A stretch of 64,000 nt of DNA. It comes from a bacterium. Lineage in GTDB: Bacteria; Zhuqueibacterota; Zhuqueibacteria; Oceanimicrobiales; Oceanimicrobiaceae. The stretch lies in the NCBI GenBank assembly GCA_037446635.1, contig JBBIIG010000003.1, forward strand, positions 66,635-130,634, read 5' to 3'. Shown piece by piece: positions 51,680 through 60,617 of this stretch (within the stretch, counting starts at the first letter, position 1; every line of letters starts with the position of its first letter). The translations under genes were made by a program, and so were the position numbers. Below the pieces are notes generated by a model. It made no database searches, had not been told where the DNA came from, and was given only the letters and a program-made list of their open reading frames with translations.

Positions 51680-52879
51680 TCACTCCCTAACAAATCGCGG
51701 CAGCATCGGCACATCGGGATGAATATCCGGGCCGAAAAATTTGATGATGATCAAATCCTCGCGGCCGGTGTTTTGAATCTCCAGCGGCGCAATGGCGCGA
51801 TCGTGAGTAATCAGCAATTCGTCCAAATTGGGATCGCCGCCAGCAACTTCTTGTCCGCCAAAGATTCCCGTTCCGCGCCACACGAGAATATTATACACCC
51901 CGCGATCGCGGCTCGTGAATTTCTGCCCCGGCCGCACCACCAATTTTTTGCCGCTGAAACGCAGCGTGTTGTAAAAAATCCAATACTCCTCGCCGCCGGC
52001 TTGCTGATTTTCTTTGATGAGGATCGGCGGCGTATGGCGGTGCTCATAAAAGTACGGATCGCCGTTGGTGGGCCAGTCGATGAAATCGAGGATGATGCGC
52101 TCGCCGTGTTTTTTGCGATCCTCGGGACGGACGTCTTTGAACAGTAGTTCCTTCGAAATTTGAAATTTGCCGACCCGCGCCTGCAGCATCGCGAACACGT
52201 CGGAGTCCTCCTGCAATTCGATGGTGAGTGCCGAGCCGGGCGCGTGCAGCACGCCGGACGGAATGTGAAAGCCTTCGCCGGCAACTTGCAGGTAGGCGCG
52301 TGCGTGCTGCAAAATCAGGTCGCTGTCCCATTTTTCGAGATACGGCAAAAGCAGCTCGTACTTTTTTTGTTCGGCAATGTAGGGATGAACGCCGAAAAAG
52401 GTTTCGGGATGCGGCCCCAGATCGACGCCCTCGGGAAAATAGTACGCTTCTTCTTTGGGATTGCGCCCCACCAGCGCCGCGTGCTGCTTCATTTGATGGA
52501 GATGATACGGCAGGCGCTCGGCGTAATCAAAAATTTTGGCGAGGCGGTCGAGGGATTGGTGCGTGCGGGCATAATCCTCGCCCATGATGGCCTGCGGCGC
52601 GATCTCCACGGCTTCTTTCAAAGTAATGCTCTCTTTGGTTTCGAGGTTGAGATAACTCAATCCCTCGTCCGGCGGCCCGACCTGATTGTCGGCTTTGGTG
52701 GTGGAGGCGAGCCAGCGTTCGCAGATACCGCCGCGCTCGCCCAGTTCATATTGATCTTCCGGCAATCCCAACCGGCGGCCGGGCGCAAGAAACGCGCGCG
52801 CCACCCACGCCGGCTTGAGCCGCAGAATGCCGTTATTTTTCTCGATGGCTTGTGTGATGAGAGATCGTCGCGCGTTCAT
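51680..52879 (-). CDS. Phosphomannose-isomerase-like cupin protein
   Basis: PYHLHQ, KEEAYYF, LHAPG and ELQEDSD resemble PMI metal ligands. ATG at 52879 with SD GGAGG. Confidence 0.7.
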   Translation of the reverse strand: MNARRSLITQAIEKNNGILRLKPAWVARAFLAPGRRLGLPEDQYELGERGGICERWLASTTKADNQVGPPDEGLSYLNLETKESITLKEAVEIAPQAIMGEDYARTHQSLDRLAKIFDYAERLPYHLHQMKQHAALVGRNPKEEAYYFPEGVDLGPHPETFFGVHPYIAEQKKYELLLPYLEKWDSDLILQHARAYLQVAGEGFHIPSGVLHAPGSALTIELQEDSDVFAMLQARVGKFQISKELLFKDVRPEDRKKHGERIILDFIDWPTNGDPYFYEHRHTPPILIKENQQAGGEEYWIFYNTLRFSGKKLVVRPGQKFTSRDRGVYNILVWRGTGIFGGQEVAGGDPNLDELLITHDRAIAPLEIQNTGREDLIIIKFFGPDIHPDVPMLPRFVRE

Positions 52880-52899
52880 ATTTCCTCCATCTTTTAAGT

Positions 52900-52957
52900 C
52901 GGAGTGCAAAACTTTAGTTTTGCATTGTTGTTGGCAATGCTAAAGCATTGCACTCCG
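52900..52957. repeat. GGAGTGC...GCACTCC double-hairpin REP-like element
   Basis: Terminal inverted repeat enclosing two hairpins. A related element starts at 63946. Confidence 0.6.
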
Positions 52958-52963
52958 GAACAG

Positions 52964-53521
52964 CTAATCCCAGGGATTGCGTTTGTAATGCCCGCTAAGT
53001 GGATGCAGTTCTTTGCGGCCATCCACAAACACGGCCACCCACTCGGCGAGGCGTTTGCCCAACCGGCGGCAGGCTTCGATTTCTTTTTCGGCGCGCGGCT
53101 CGCCAGCCTGCGTAACGCCGTAGTGCGCGGTGAATTGATTCCCAGTGTAGTCCGTCACGCCGAACACCAAAAATCCAAAATTCATCATGATCGTCAGCAG
53201 CGATTGGCAGGTCAACTCGGCGCCGCCGCCCCAGCCGCCCTCGGAGCTGAAGGCGCAGCCGATTTTGCCGTCAATCTTTTGCCAGATGGGAAGAATCTCT
53301 TCGTCCCAAAATTTCTTCATCCGCCACGCTACGGTTCCGAGGTTGGTGGGCGAGCCCAACGCCAGACCATCGCACCACAAAATATCTTCCCGCGACGCCT
53401 CGTCCACGCTCTTCAGCCGCACCTCGACCTGCGGAATTTGCGCCGCGCCTTCGGCGACGTACTGCGCCATCTTCTGGGTGTGGCCATCGCGGCTGCAAAA
53501 TAAAACCAGTATCTTACCCAT
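52964..53521 (-). CDS. Flavodoxin / WrbA-like NAD(P)H oxidoreductase
   Basis: SRDGHTQKMA, LGSPT and GKIGCAFSS. Confidence 0.88.
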   Translation of the reverse strand: MGKILVLFCSRDGHTQKMAQYVAEGAAQIPQVEVRLKSVDEASREDILWCDGLALGSPTNLGTVAWRMKKFWDEEILPIWQKIDGKIGCAFSSEGGWGGGAELTCQSLLTIMMNFGFLVFGVTDYTGNQFTAHYGVTQAGEPRAEKEIEACRRLGKRLAEWVAVFVDGRKELHPLSGHYKRNPWD

Positions 53522-53679
53522 TTTACCGGCCCTCCTGGACTGTGAATCCGCCGGCGCGATCCACGACAAACTGCCTGACGCCGTTGAGGGAAATCATCTC
53601 AGGTCCATCGGGCTGAGCGACCGGCTGCTAACGGTTAATTTTGTCAGAAAAATCGGACTCATCGAAACTTGGTGGTATC

Positions 53680-54729
53680 TCATTTTTGGACAAAACTCGC
53701 TACAAAGCTACTTTTGGCCGCAAGCCACGCCTGAATGAAGTCCATCTCTTGCTTTCGCCGTTCGTAGCCGGTGGAGTGTCCGCGAAATTCATTCAAATAC
53801 CATTTGATGGTTTTCGGCAGCCACTCGCGCGTGGGGGTGGAACGATAATGCAAATCGCGTCGGATTTTCTCCAGACTAAAAATGGCCGTGCGACGGGTGT
53901 TGAACGGAAACACGTCGCCGCCGGGGTACGAACTAATCGGCAGGGCATCAAAAATCTCCTGGTCGACGTGCACGAATTCCGGCTGGCGCTCAAGAATTTG
54001 GCACAACAATTTGAGATAATCGTTCAACGAGAAAATCTCCTCTCCGACGACATTGTAAGCCTGCCCCACCGACGTCGGATGGTCGAGCAAACTTACGAAT
54101 GCACGCGCCACATCGTCGACGAAAACGTTTTGAAACGCGTAATCGCCGCTGCCGGGAATGAGTAACGGTGCGCCGTCGCAAATGCGCTCGATCCAGAAGA
54201 AATCGCGCAGCGTGGGATCCTGCGGACCGCAGACGTAAGTTGGCCGAAGCATACTCACCGGAAAATCTCTTTCGTTATGCGACTTCCACAGCACCTCCTC
54301 GCACCTCCTTTTGTTGATGCCGTATTGCATGCCAAAGGGATTGCGGGCGAAAAACGGCATCAGCGGCGCCTTGTCCTGATCTTCGGTGATGGGACACTGC
54401 ACCTCGTTGGAAACCATGTACACCGAGATGGTGCTGCAATGAATGAAACGGCCCACTTCGCCGCGAAACACCCGCGCCGCGATTTCGGATTCCTGCGGCT
54501 CGTACGCCACCATGTCGTACACGGCATCAAAAGTGTGTTTTGCCACCGTGTCTCGCAGGGAATTTTCTTTGCCGCGATCGCCGACCACAAAATCTAAATT
54601 CGTGTGTCGCGGCAGCGAGCGCTGACTGCGGCCGCGCGTGAACACCGTGACGCGATGCCCGGCTTGCAACAACATTTCCACGAGGCGGCCGCTGATGAAT
54701 CCTGTGCCGCCGATGATGAGAATGTTCAT
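53680..54729 (-). CDS. NAD-dependent epimerase/dehydratase (extended SDR)
   Basis: IIGGTGFIS, YGINK (YxxxK) and LRPTYVCGP. Confidence 0.9.
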   Translation of the reverse strand: MNILIIGGTGFISGRLVEMLLQAGHRVTVFTRGRSQRSLPRHTNLDFVVGDRGKENSLRDTVAKHTFDAVYDMVAYEPQESEIAARVFRGEVGRFIHCSTISVYMVSNEVQCPITEDQDKAPLMPFFARNPFGMQYGINKRRCEEVLWKSHNERDFPVSMLRPTYVCGPQDPTLRDFFWIERICDGAPLLIPGSGDYAFQNVFVDDVARAFVSLLDHPTSVGQAYNVVGEEIFSLNDYLKLLCQILERQPEFVHVDQEIFDALPISSYPGGDVFPFNTRRTAIFSLEKIRRDLHYRSTPTREWLPKTIKWYLNEFRGHSTGYERRKQEMDFIQAWLAAKSSFVASFVQK

Positions 54730-54852
54730 AGAACCTCGCGATAAACGTGCCAGGCACTTTTGAAGTGCCTGGCCCCCTTTTATCATTATTTACATCCACC
54801 CGCGCTAAAACCGGCCCCCCCATTTTTCACGTGCCTGGCACGTCTCTCCGGA

Positions 54853-56490
54853 TTACCCCGGCAAACGACTCCACGTTTGCAGCAGTCTTTTGAGACGATG
54901 AAATGACGCTTTGGGCGAACAATCCTCCCGCACCAAACCACCGTTGTGGATGTAGGGCCGGAAATCGGAAAAATCATACCAGTTGATGGCTTTAATAGAC
55001 TGCCGGCTGTAATACAGCGTGTAAACTTGCTCCAGCCAATCGGCCTGCAATTCTTCGTCCCAGTAGCGATGCCAATCGTACGGCTCTTTGGGCAGCTCCT
55101 GTTCGCCAGTGAGAATGGCCTGACGCAGCGGACCGGCAGAGGCACCGATTTCGGTGATGTAAATCGGTTTGCCAAATTTCTCGAAGCGCTCAACCATGCG
55201 CACGATGTCCGACAAATCGCGGCGCGGAAAATAAATTTGAATGCCCACCACGTCGAAATCGACGCCGGCGTTCAACACATCCTCGATGAACTTGCGCGGC
55301 GAGCGCTGCGGCCGAGTGGCGTCGGCGCGGGCGCGTCGGCCCATGGCGGCGTACTCCGCCCACAAGCAGCAGTTGTTTAAAATACGCACCACTTTCGGAT
55401 TCACCTCTTTGGTTTTATCGCAGGCGAGACGGACAATTTCGGTGATTTGCTCCGGGGTGTGATCGTGAATGTTGCCCCAGTCGTGATACTCGTTTACCAC
55501 CTCCCACTGCAGCACGCGGTCGCCGTAGTGACTCACCACGTCACGGGTGTGGCGCTCGACGTATTTTTTCACCTCATCAAAATTTTTGTTTTTGAGCCAA
55601 TCCGGCGTCACCGTGGGATGAAACCAAAACAGCGGCCGGCCCTGAATGGTGATGTTATTTTTCTCCAGCCAGCGAACGATGTTGTCTTTCACGCCCCAGT
55701 TGTATTCGCCTTCGCGCGGCTCGAAGACCTCGTACCAGGTATCCCAAATATAATGCGTAACCGTTGCAAAATTGAACAACTCCACAAAACGTTTGGTGAA
55801 TTCTTCGGACTTGGCCCAGATGTACTGCCGGGTTTCGCAGCCAAAATGAACGTTGTCCGCGCGCGGCCAGTGCAGAATATCGCTGGCGGCGCGTTCCAAT
55901 TCGATTTTTTCACCGGCCCACAGCGCGTACTGCAGCGCGCGATCTGAAAGCCGCGCACAGCGTTCGCCATCCTTCTGCTTCTTTTGCGCCTCCACGAACA
56001 ACTCTTCGGACAGCGCCTGCAAATGGCTCACCTCCGATGAAAATGTCACGCCAGCGTTTTCGTATTGTTTGCGAACGCGCTGGTTGCGCGCCACCCGGCT
56101 GCGCGCAAATTCGAAATTCAAAATCCGGCTTTTGTTGGAGATAAAATCTTTGGCGGAAAAAAATTCGCCGGCGTTATCCGCTTCGAGAAAAAGAAATCCG
56201 AAGCCGGGAACAAACCAGCGCGCATTCACGGAAAATCGGCGGCCGCTCATTTCTTTCGGCGCGACGACGCCCGCGTTGGTGATCTGCATCAGCGATTTGA
56301 AGGGGTCGCCGAATTCATCCACGGCGTAGGCGAATTTTATCTCCGGCATCCAGTGGTGGGGATAGAGCTTGAAAACCAAATCGCTCTGCGTTGAAGCATA
56401 AACGCTGCGCCACCCCGGAATCAGCGACGCCGCTGCCGCGGCGGACACACCGGCCGCGCCGGTTTTTAAAAACTCTCTGCGTGAAATCAT
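54853..56490 (-). CDS. GH10-like glycoside hydrolase with Tat signal
   Basis: SRREFLK Tat motif, WEVVNE and IYITE. Confidence 0.85.
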   Translation of the reverse strand: MISRREFLKTGAAGVSAAAAASLIPGWRSVYASTQSDLVFKLYPHHWMPEIKFAYAVDEFGDPFKSLMQITNAGVVAPKEMSGRRFSVNARWFVPGFGFLFLEADNAGEFFSAKDFISNKSRILNFEFARSRVARNQRVRKQYENAGVTFSSEVSHLQALSEELFVEAQKKQKDGERCARLSDRALQYALWAGEKIELERAASDILHWPRADNVHFGCETRQYIWAKSEEFTKRFVELFNFATVTHYIWDTWYEVFEPREGEYNWGVKDNIVRWLEKNNITIQGRPLFWFHPTVTPDWLKNKNFDEVKKYVERHTRDVVSHYGDRVLQWEVVNEYHDWGNIHDHTPEQITEIVRLACDKTKEVNPKVVRILNNCCLWAEYAAMGRRARADATRPQRSPRKFIEDVLNAGVDFDVVGIQIYFPRRDLSDIVRMVERFEKFGKPIYITEIGASAGPLRQAILTGEQELPKEPYDWHRYWDEELQADWLEQVYTLYYSRQSIKAINWYDFSDFRPYIHNGGLVREDCSPKASFHRLKRLLQTWSRLPG

Positions 56491-56522
56491 GTTCTCCTCT
56501 TAGTTGCTCTATAATGTTCGAT

Positions 56523-58079
56523 CTACTTCCGCCACTTCTCCTGCAATTTTTGCAAACGAATAAACGCCGCTTTCTTTTGTCCCTTCGGGGATTCCAAAAG
56601 CCCGCCAGTTTTGATCCACGAATGCGGATCGACAAAATCATACCAGTTGACCGCCTCGATCCACGGCTTGCTGTACGCCAGCGTGTACAAGCCCTCGAGC
56701 CAATCCGCCTGCAGTTCCTGATCCCAATGACGATGCCAGACGTACGGCTCCGTCGGCAGCCCCAACCAGCCGCTGTTGATGGAGTCGCGCGTGGGACCGG
56801 AGCTGGCGCCCACTTCCGTGAGCTGCACTGGCCGGCCAAATTCCTCGAAGCGCTCGATCAGCAAAATGGTATCCTGCAAATCGCGATACGGAAAATACAT
56901 CTGCTGCCCGGTGATGGTGAAATCGACGCCGGCGGCCACGAGGTCTTTCATGAATTTATGCGGCGTGCGCTGCGGATATTTGGCGTCGAGCTCGCCCCAT
57001 TTTTTAAGCTGCACGTACTCCGCAAACGGACAGCAGTTGTTAATCAACCGATGCACTTTCGGCGCAGTGGCCTTCGCCACCTCGCAGGCGAGTTTGGTCA
57101 CTTCAACGATTTGCTCCGGCGTCAACTGCAATTCGTTGGCCCAATCGTGCGCTTCATTCACTACTTCCCACGCGTACATTTCGTCGCCGTAGTGGCCTAC
57201 CACCTCTTTCGTGTGCGATTCGACGTACTTCAAAAGTTGATCGTAGGATTTGTTGCGCAGCCAATCCGGCGTGACCGTGTTGTAAAACCACAACAGCGGC
57301 CGGCCCTCCACCGTGATGTTGCGGCTGCGCAGCCGTTTGAACAGCGCCGTCCGCAAATCGAATTGCTTCTGCCCTTCAACCGGTTCAAAATCCTGATAAA
57401 TTCCGCTGATCAAATAGTGCGTGATCGTGGCGTAGTTGAAAAGCTCGGTGAAGCGTTCCATGAACAGATCGGCGTCCATTTGAAAAAAGCCGCGGGCGTC
57501 GCAGCCGATGAAAAAGCGGGGGCGATGGCCGCGCCGCGCGATCTCATGTTCCGCTCTCTCCAGTTCCATCTTTTCGCCGCCCCACATGGCGTAATAGAGC
57601 GCCTTTTGCGACAGCTCGCCGCACTTTGAAACATCGTTTTGGGACTTTTGGGCGTCAGCGAAATAGTCGTCCGCAATGGCGAAAAATGTTTTCACCTCCG
57701 ACGACGGCGACCAACCATTTTTTTGAAGAAGCTTGACTCGCCGGCGATTACGCAGCACGCGGCTTTTCGCCAATTCAAAATTGAGGTTGAGCGTGCGGGT
57801 TTGCCCGGCTGGCGGCAGTTGATAAAACTCGCCGCCATTATCCGCGGTGATGTAAATGTAACCGAAACCCTCGACGTTCCAGCGCACGTCGATGCCAAAT
57901 TTGTCCACGCCCTCGGTGTCGGAAATTTTCACGCCCTCTTTGCTCGATGTGATATTGGAGTGAAAGGCGTCCCAATTTTCATCGCTGGCGTAGGCCCAAT
58001 CGAGCAAATGCGGGCCGAGGCCTTTTTGCACGAAGATCGGGCGGAAAATTAGCTCTCCACTATTCATCAACTTGCTCAA
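56523..58079 (-). CDS. GH10-like glycoside hydrolase, no signal peptide (paralog of the downstream gene)
   Basis: WEVVNE and VQLTE. Colinear with 54853-56490. Confidence 0.85.
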   Translation of the reverse strand: MSKLMNSGELIFRPIFVQKGLGPHLLDWAYASDENWDAFHSNITSSKEGVKISDTEGVDKFGIDVRWNVEGFGYIYITADNGGEFYQLPPAGQTRTLNLNFELAKSRVLRNRRRVKLLQKNGWSPSSEVKTFFAIADDYFADAQKSQNDVSKCGELSQKALYYAMWGGEKMELERAEHEIARRGHRPRFFIGCDARGFFQMDADLFMERFTELFNYATITHYLISGIYQDFEPVEGQKQFDLRTALFKRLRSRNITVEGRPLLWFYNTVTPDWLRNKSYDQLLKYVESHTKEVVGHYGDEMYAWEVVNEAHDWANELQLTPEQIVEVTKLACEVAKATAPKVHRLINNCCPFAEYVQLKKWGELDAKYPQRTPHKFMKDLVAAGVDFTITGQQMYFPYRDLQDTILLIERFEEFGRPVQLTEVGASSGPTRDSINSGWLGLPTEPYVWHRHWDQELQADWLEGLYTLAYSKPWIEAVNWYDFVDPHSWIKTGGLLESPKGQKKAAFIRLQKLQEKWRK

Positions 58080-58204
58080 GGTGTCTCTCCAATTTTAAGA
58101 CGTTTACTAAACCTCCAAGATTTCGTAAACTTTATTCCATGACCCCGAAAATGATTTCTGCGTCCGGCAGCGATGCTGGTTTTGCACCGGCATCATTAAA
58201 TCCT

Positions 58205-59497
58205 CTATTGTCTGCTCTGCAGCAGCGCATTCGACTTCGCCGCTGCTTCATCCAAAACCGTTTTCGGATCCATCCCGCCCACCGTCGCCTTTTCAATCGC
58301 CTCGGCCAAATACTGATTGATCTCCACGCGATAAAAATCGATCGGTCGCCGGCTCTCGGCCATCGCCAGTTGCGCGACGAACGATTTCAGGGCCGGGTCA
58401 GTTGCGAGATAAGCCTGATACTCCGGCATCTGCAGAGTCGATTGCCGCACCGGCAGGTAGCCGGACTTCATCGAAAACAGCGCCTGATTTTCCGGCTGAA
58501 TCACCCACTTCACAAATCGCCACGCGGCATCGGCGTGCCGGCTCTGTTTGAAAATCGCCAAATGCTCGCCCGCCAAATAGGTGACCTGACGCGCCGGTCC
58601 GGCCGGCAGCGGCGCCACGCCCCATTCAAATTTGTTGATTTCACGGAAGCGCGGCAAATCCCACGGGCCGTCCATGATCATCGCCGAAGCCCCGGAGGCA
58701 AAGGCCAGATCGTGCGTCATCGAAAAATTGCGGATGTTCAGCTCGTCGTAAAGCTTTTTCCAAAGAGAGAGCGCCTGCACGCCAGCCTCGCTGTTGAACA
58801 GCACCTGCGTTTGTTCGGGATTGATTTCGACGCCGCCGGCCTGCCACAGATAGGGCGTCCATTGCAGAGTCATCCAGATGCTGAGGGCGCCGGTGGCCGG
58901 CAGCCCCGGAATGTAAAATCCGAATTGTTCGATCACGCCGTCGCCGTCGCGATCAATGGTGAGTTGGTGGGCGTAGTCGCGCAGCTCCTCCCAGGTTTGC
59001 GGCGGGCGCTCGGGATCGAGTCCGGCGGCGCGGAACGAATTTTTGTTGTAGAATAAAGCCAGCGCCGTGGCTTCCATTGGCAGCGCGTACAGTTCTCCGC
59101 GCCACGAGGCGTTTTTCAAAAGCTCCGGGAAAATGTCCGCCAGCTCTTCGGGCGCAAGCCCATTCGCGCCGTCGATGAAATGGCGCATGTTGTAAATGGC
59201 GTCGGCCTGCACCAGCTTGTCCATGAAATCAGCGTGAATCCACGCGACATCCGGCGCGCTCTGGCTCTGAATCGCCGCGACTAATTTTTGGATGAGGGCG
59301 TCGCCAGTGGGAATGTACTGTTCGTGGATTTTGAGGTCGGGATTTTCGGCCTCGAATTTTTTCAGCAGCTCCGCCAGCGCCGGCCGCGTGGTGGAAACGA
59401 AACTGTGCCAAAAGGTGACGGTGGTGCCGGTGTCGGAACGATCGCTTTCGCAGCTTAATATCAGTGATGCGATTAATAGAAGCAAGAAACGAATCAT
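58205..59497 (-). CDS. ABC transporter sugar-binding lipoprotein
   Basis: Lipobox ILSC, LFYNK, PPQTWEEL and DGPW. Confidence 0.92.
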   Translation of the reverse strand: MIRFLLLLIASLILSCESDRSDTGTTVTFWHSFVSTTRPALAELLKKFEAENPDLKIHEQYIPTGDALIQKLVAAIQSQSAPDVAWIHADFMDKLVQADAIYNMRHFIDGANGLAPEELADIFPELLKNASWRGELYALPMEATALALFYNKNSFRAAGLDPERPPQTWEELRDYAHQLTIDRDGDGVIEQFGFYIPGLPATGALSIWMTLQWTPYLWQAGGVEINPEQTQVLFNSEAGVQALSLWKKLYDELNIRNFSMTHDLAFASGASAMIMDGPWDLPRFREINKFEWGVAPLPAGPARQVTYLAGEHLAIFKQSRHADAAWRFVKWVIQPENQALFSMKSGYLPVRQSTLQMPEYQAYLATDPALKSFVAQLAMAESRRPIDFYRVEINQYLAEAIEKATVGGMDPKTVLDEAAAKSNALLQSRQ

Positions 59498-59560
59498 GAG
59501 AGTGATCGATTATTGATTATTGTCAATTGATTAATGCTGTCAGCGGTCAGCCTTCAACTA

Positions 59561-60442
59561 TTAGCTACTGAATATTCCGATGAAATGATCGAAAAAACGC
59601 TGCGGGTCAACTGTGTCAGCGACCTCGTGAACGCCCGCGGCATCCGGTTGAAAACGCATGGCGCCGAACTGCGATTGGTCGCGCCATTCCGTTTCGATGT
59701 TGCCGCGTTGGAAGCTGCAAATCGTGTCATCGAAAATCGTGGCGGCGGCCAGCGGGTCGTGGAAGATCGTGGCGTCGTATTTTTGAAACCAGATTTCCGC
59801 CCATTCCAAAATCGGATCAAACAATTCAAATTTGCCAAACGCGGCGCGAAATTCCTCGCGGCTCATCTCGACTTTGTGCGTCACATCCAGTCCGACGGAG
59901 CGATGCTGGCGAACACCCGCGCGATACACGATGGCCGTGGCATGGGGATCGCACATGGCGTTCCACTCACGCGGGCCGTAGCCCTTTGGCGGCGCGCCCA
60001 AAAGGCCGCACATCATCACCAGGCCTTTCAGCAGCGACGGAATTTCCGGATCAACGGCGAACAGCAATCCGATGTTGGTGAGCGGCGCGATGGTCAGCAG
60101 CGTCACTTCGCCGGGATGCTGGCGGATGGTGCGCCGCATGAAGTCGATGGCATCGCGCGGAAAATTCGAGTCGTGCGGCCAATCCGCCAGCGCCGCGGCT
60201 TGCTGTGCCACGGGCTGCCCCTGCGACACCAGCAGCGGATTTTCACTACCGACGTAAATGGGCACGGCTTTGCCAGCGCGTTTGCACAGCACACTCGCAA
60301 GCTGCGCGCGTCTCTCCGCCTCGCCCGTCACAGTCGTGATGCCCAGCAGGTCGCATTGCGGATTCATCAGCAAATAGGCGAGGCACACGGCATCGTCGAT
60401 ATCCGTGCCGATGTCGGTGTCGAGTAGGATTTTGGTTTTCAT
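59561..60442 (-). CDS. Nucleoside hydrolase (IU-NH family)
   Basis: DTDIGTDIDDA, APLTNI, EWNAMCDP and HDPLA. Confidence 0.9.
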   Translation of the reverse strand: MKTKILLDTDIGTDIDDAVCLAYLLMNPQCDLLGITTVTGEAERRAQLASVLCKRAGKAVPIYVGSENPLLVSQGQPVAQQAAALADWPHDSNFPRDAIDFMRRTIRQHPGEVTLLTIAPLTNIGLLFAVDPEIPSLLKGLVMMCGLLGAPPKGYGPREWNAMCDPHATAIVYRAGVRQHRSVGLDVTHKVEMSREEFRAAFGKFELFDPILEWAEIWFQKYDATIFHDPLAAATIFDDTICSFQRGNIETEWRDQSQFGAMRFQPDAAGVHEVADTVDPQRFFDHFIGIFSS

Positions 60443-60477
60443 GTTTTTGTCCTATGAATTAGCTCAGCAGCACTCAT

Positions 60478-60603
60478 TGTCATTCCGAACCAGACGCTTT
60501 TGGTCTGGTGAGGAATCTGACGCGCGAAACAGTCTTGCAAATCAGTAAAAACACGTTCGTTAAATCTATTCTCCGTCAGATTTCTCGCTTCGCTCGAAAG
60601 ACA
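60478..60603. repeat. Paired REP-like element (TGTCATTCCGAAC...GGAATCT / AGATTTCTCGC...GACA)
   Basis: Inverted pair flanking a spacer. Same family as 218-288. Confidence 0.65.
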
Positions 60604-60617
60604 ATTTCATGATAATC

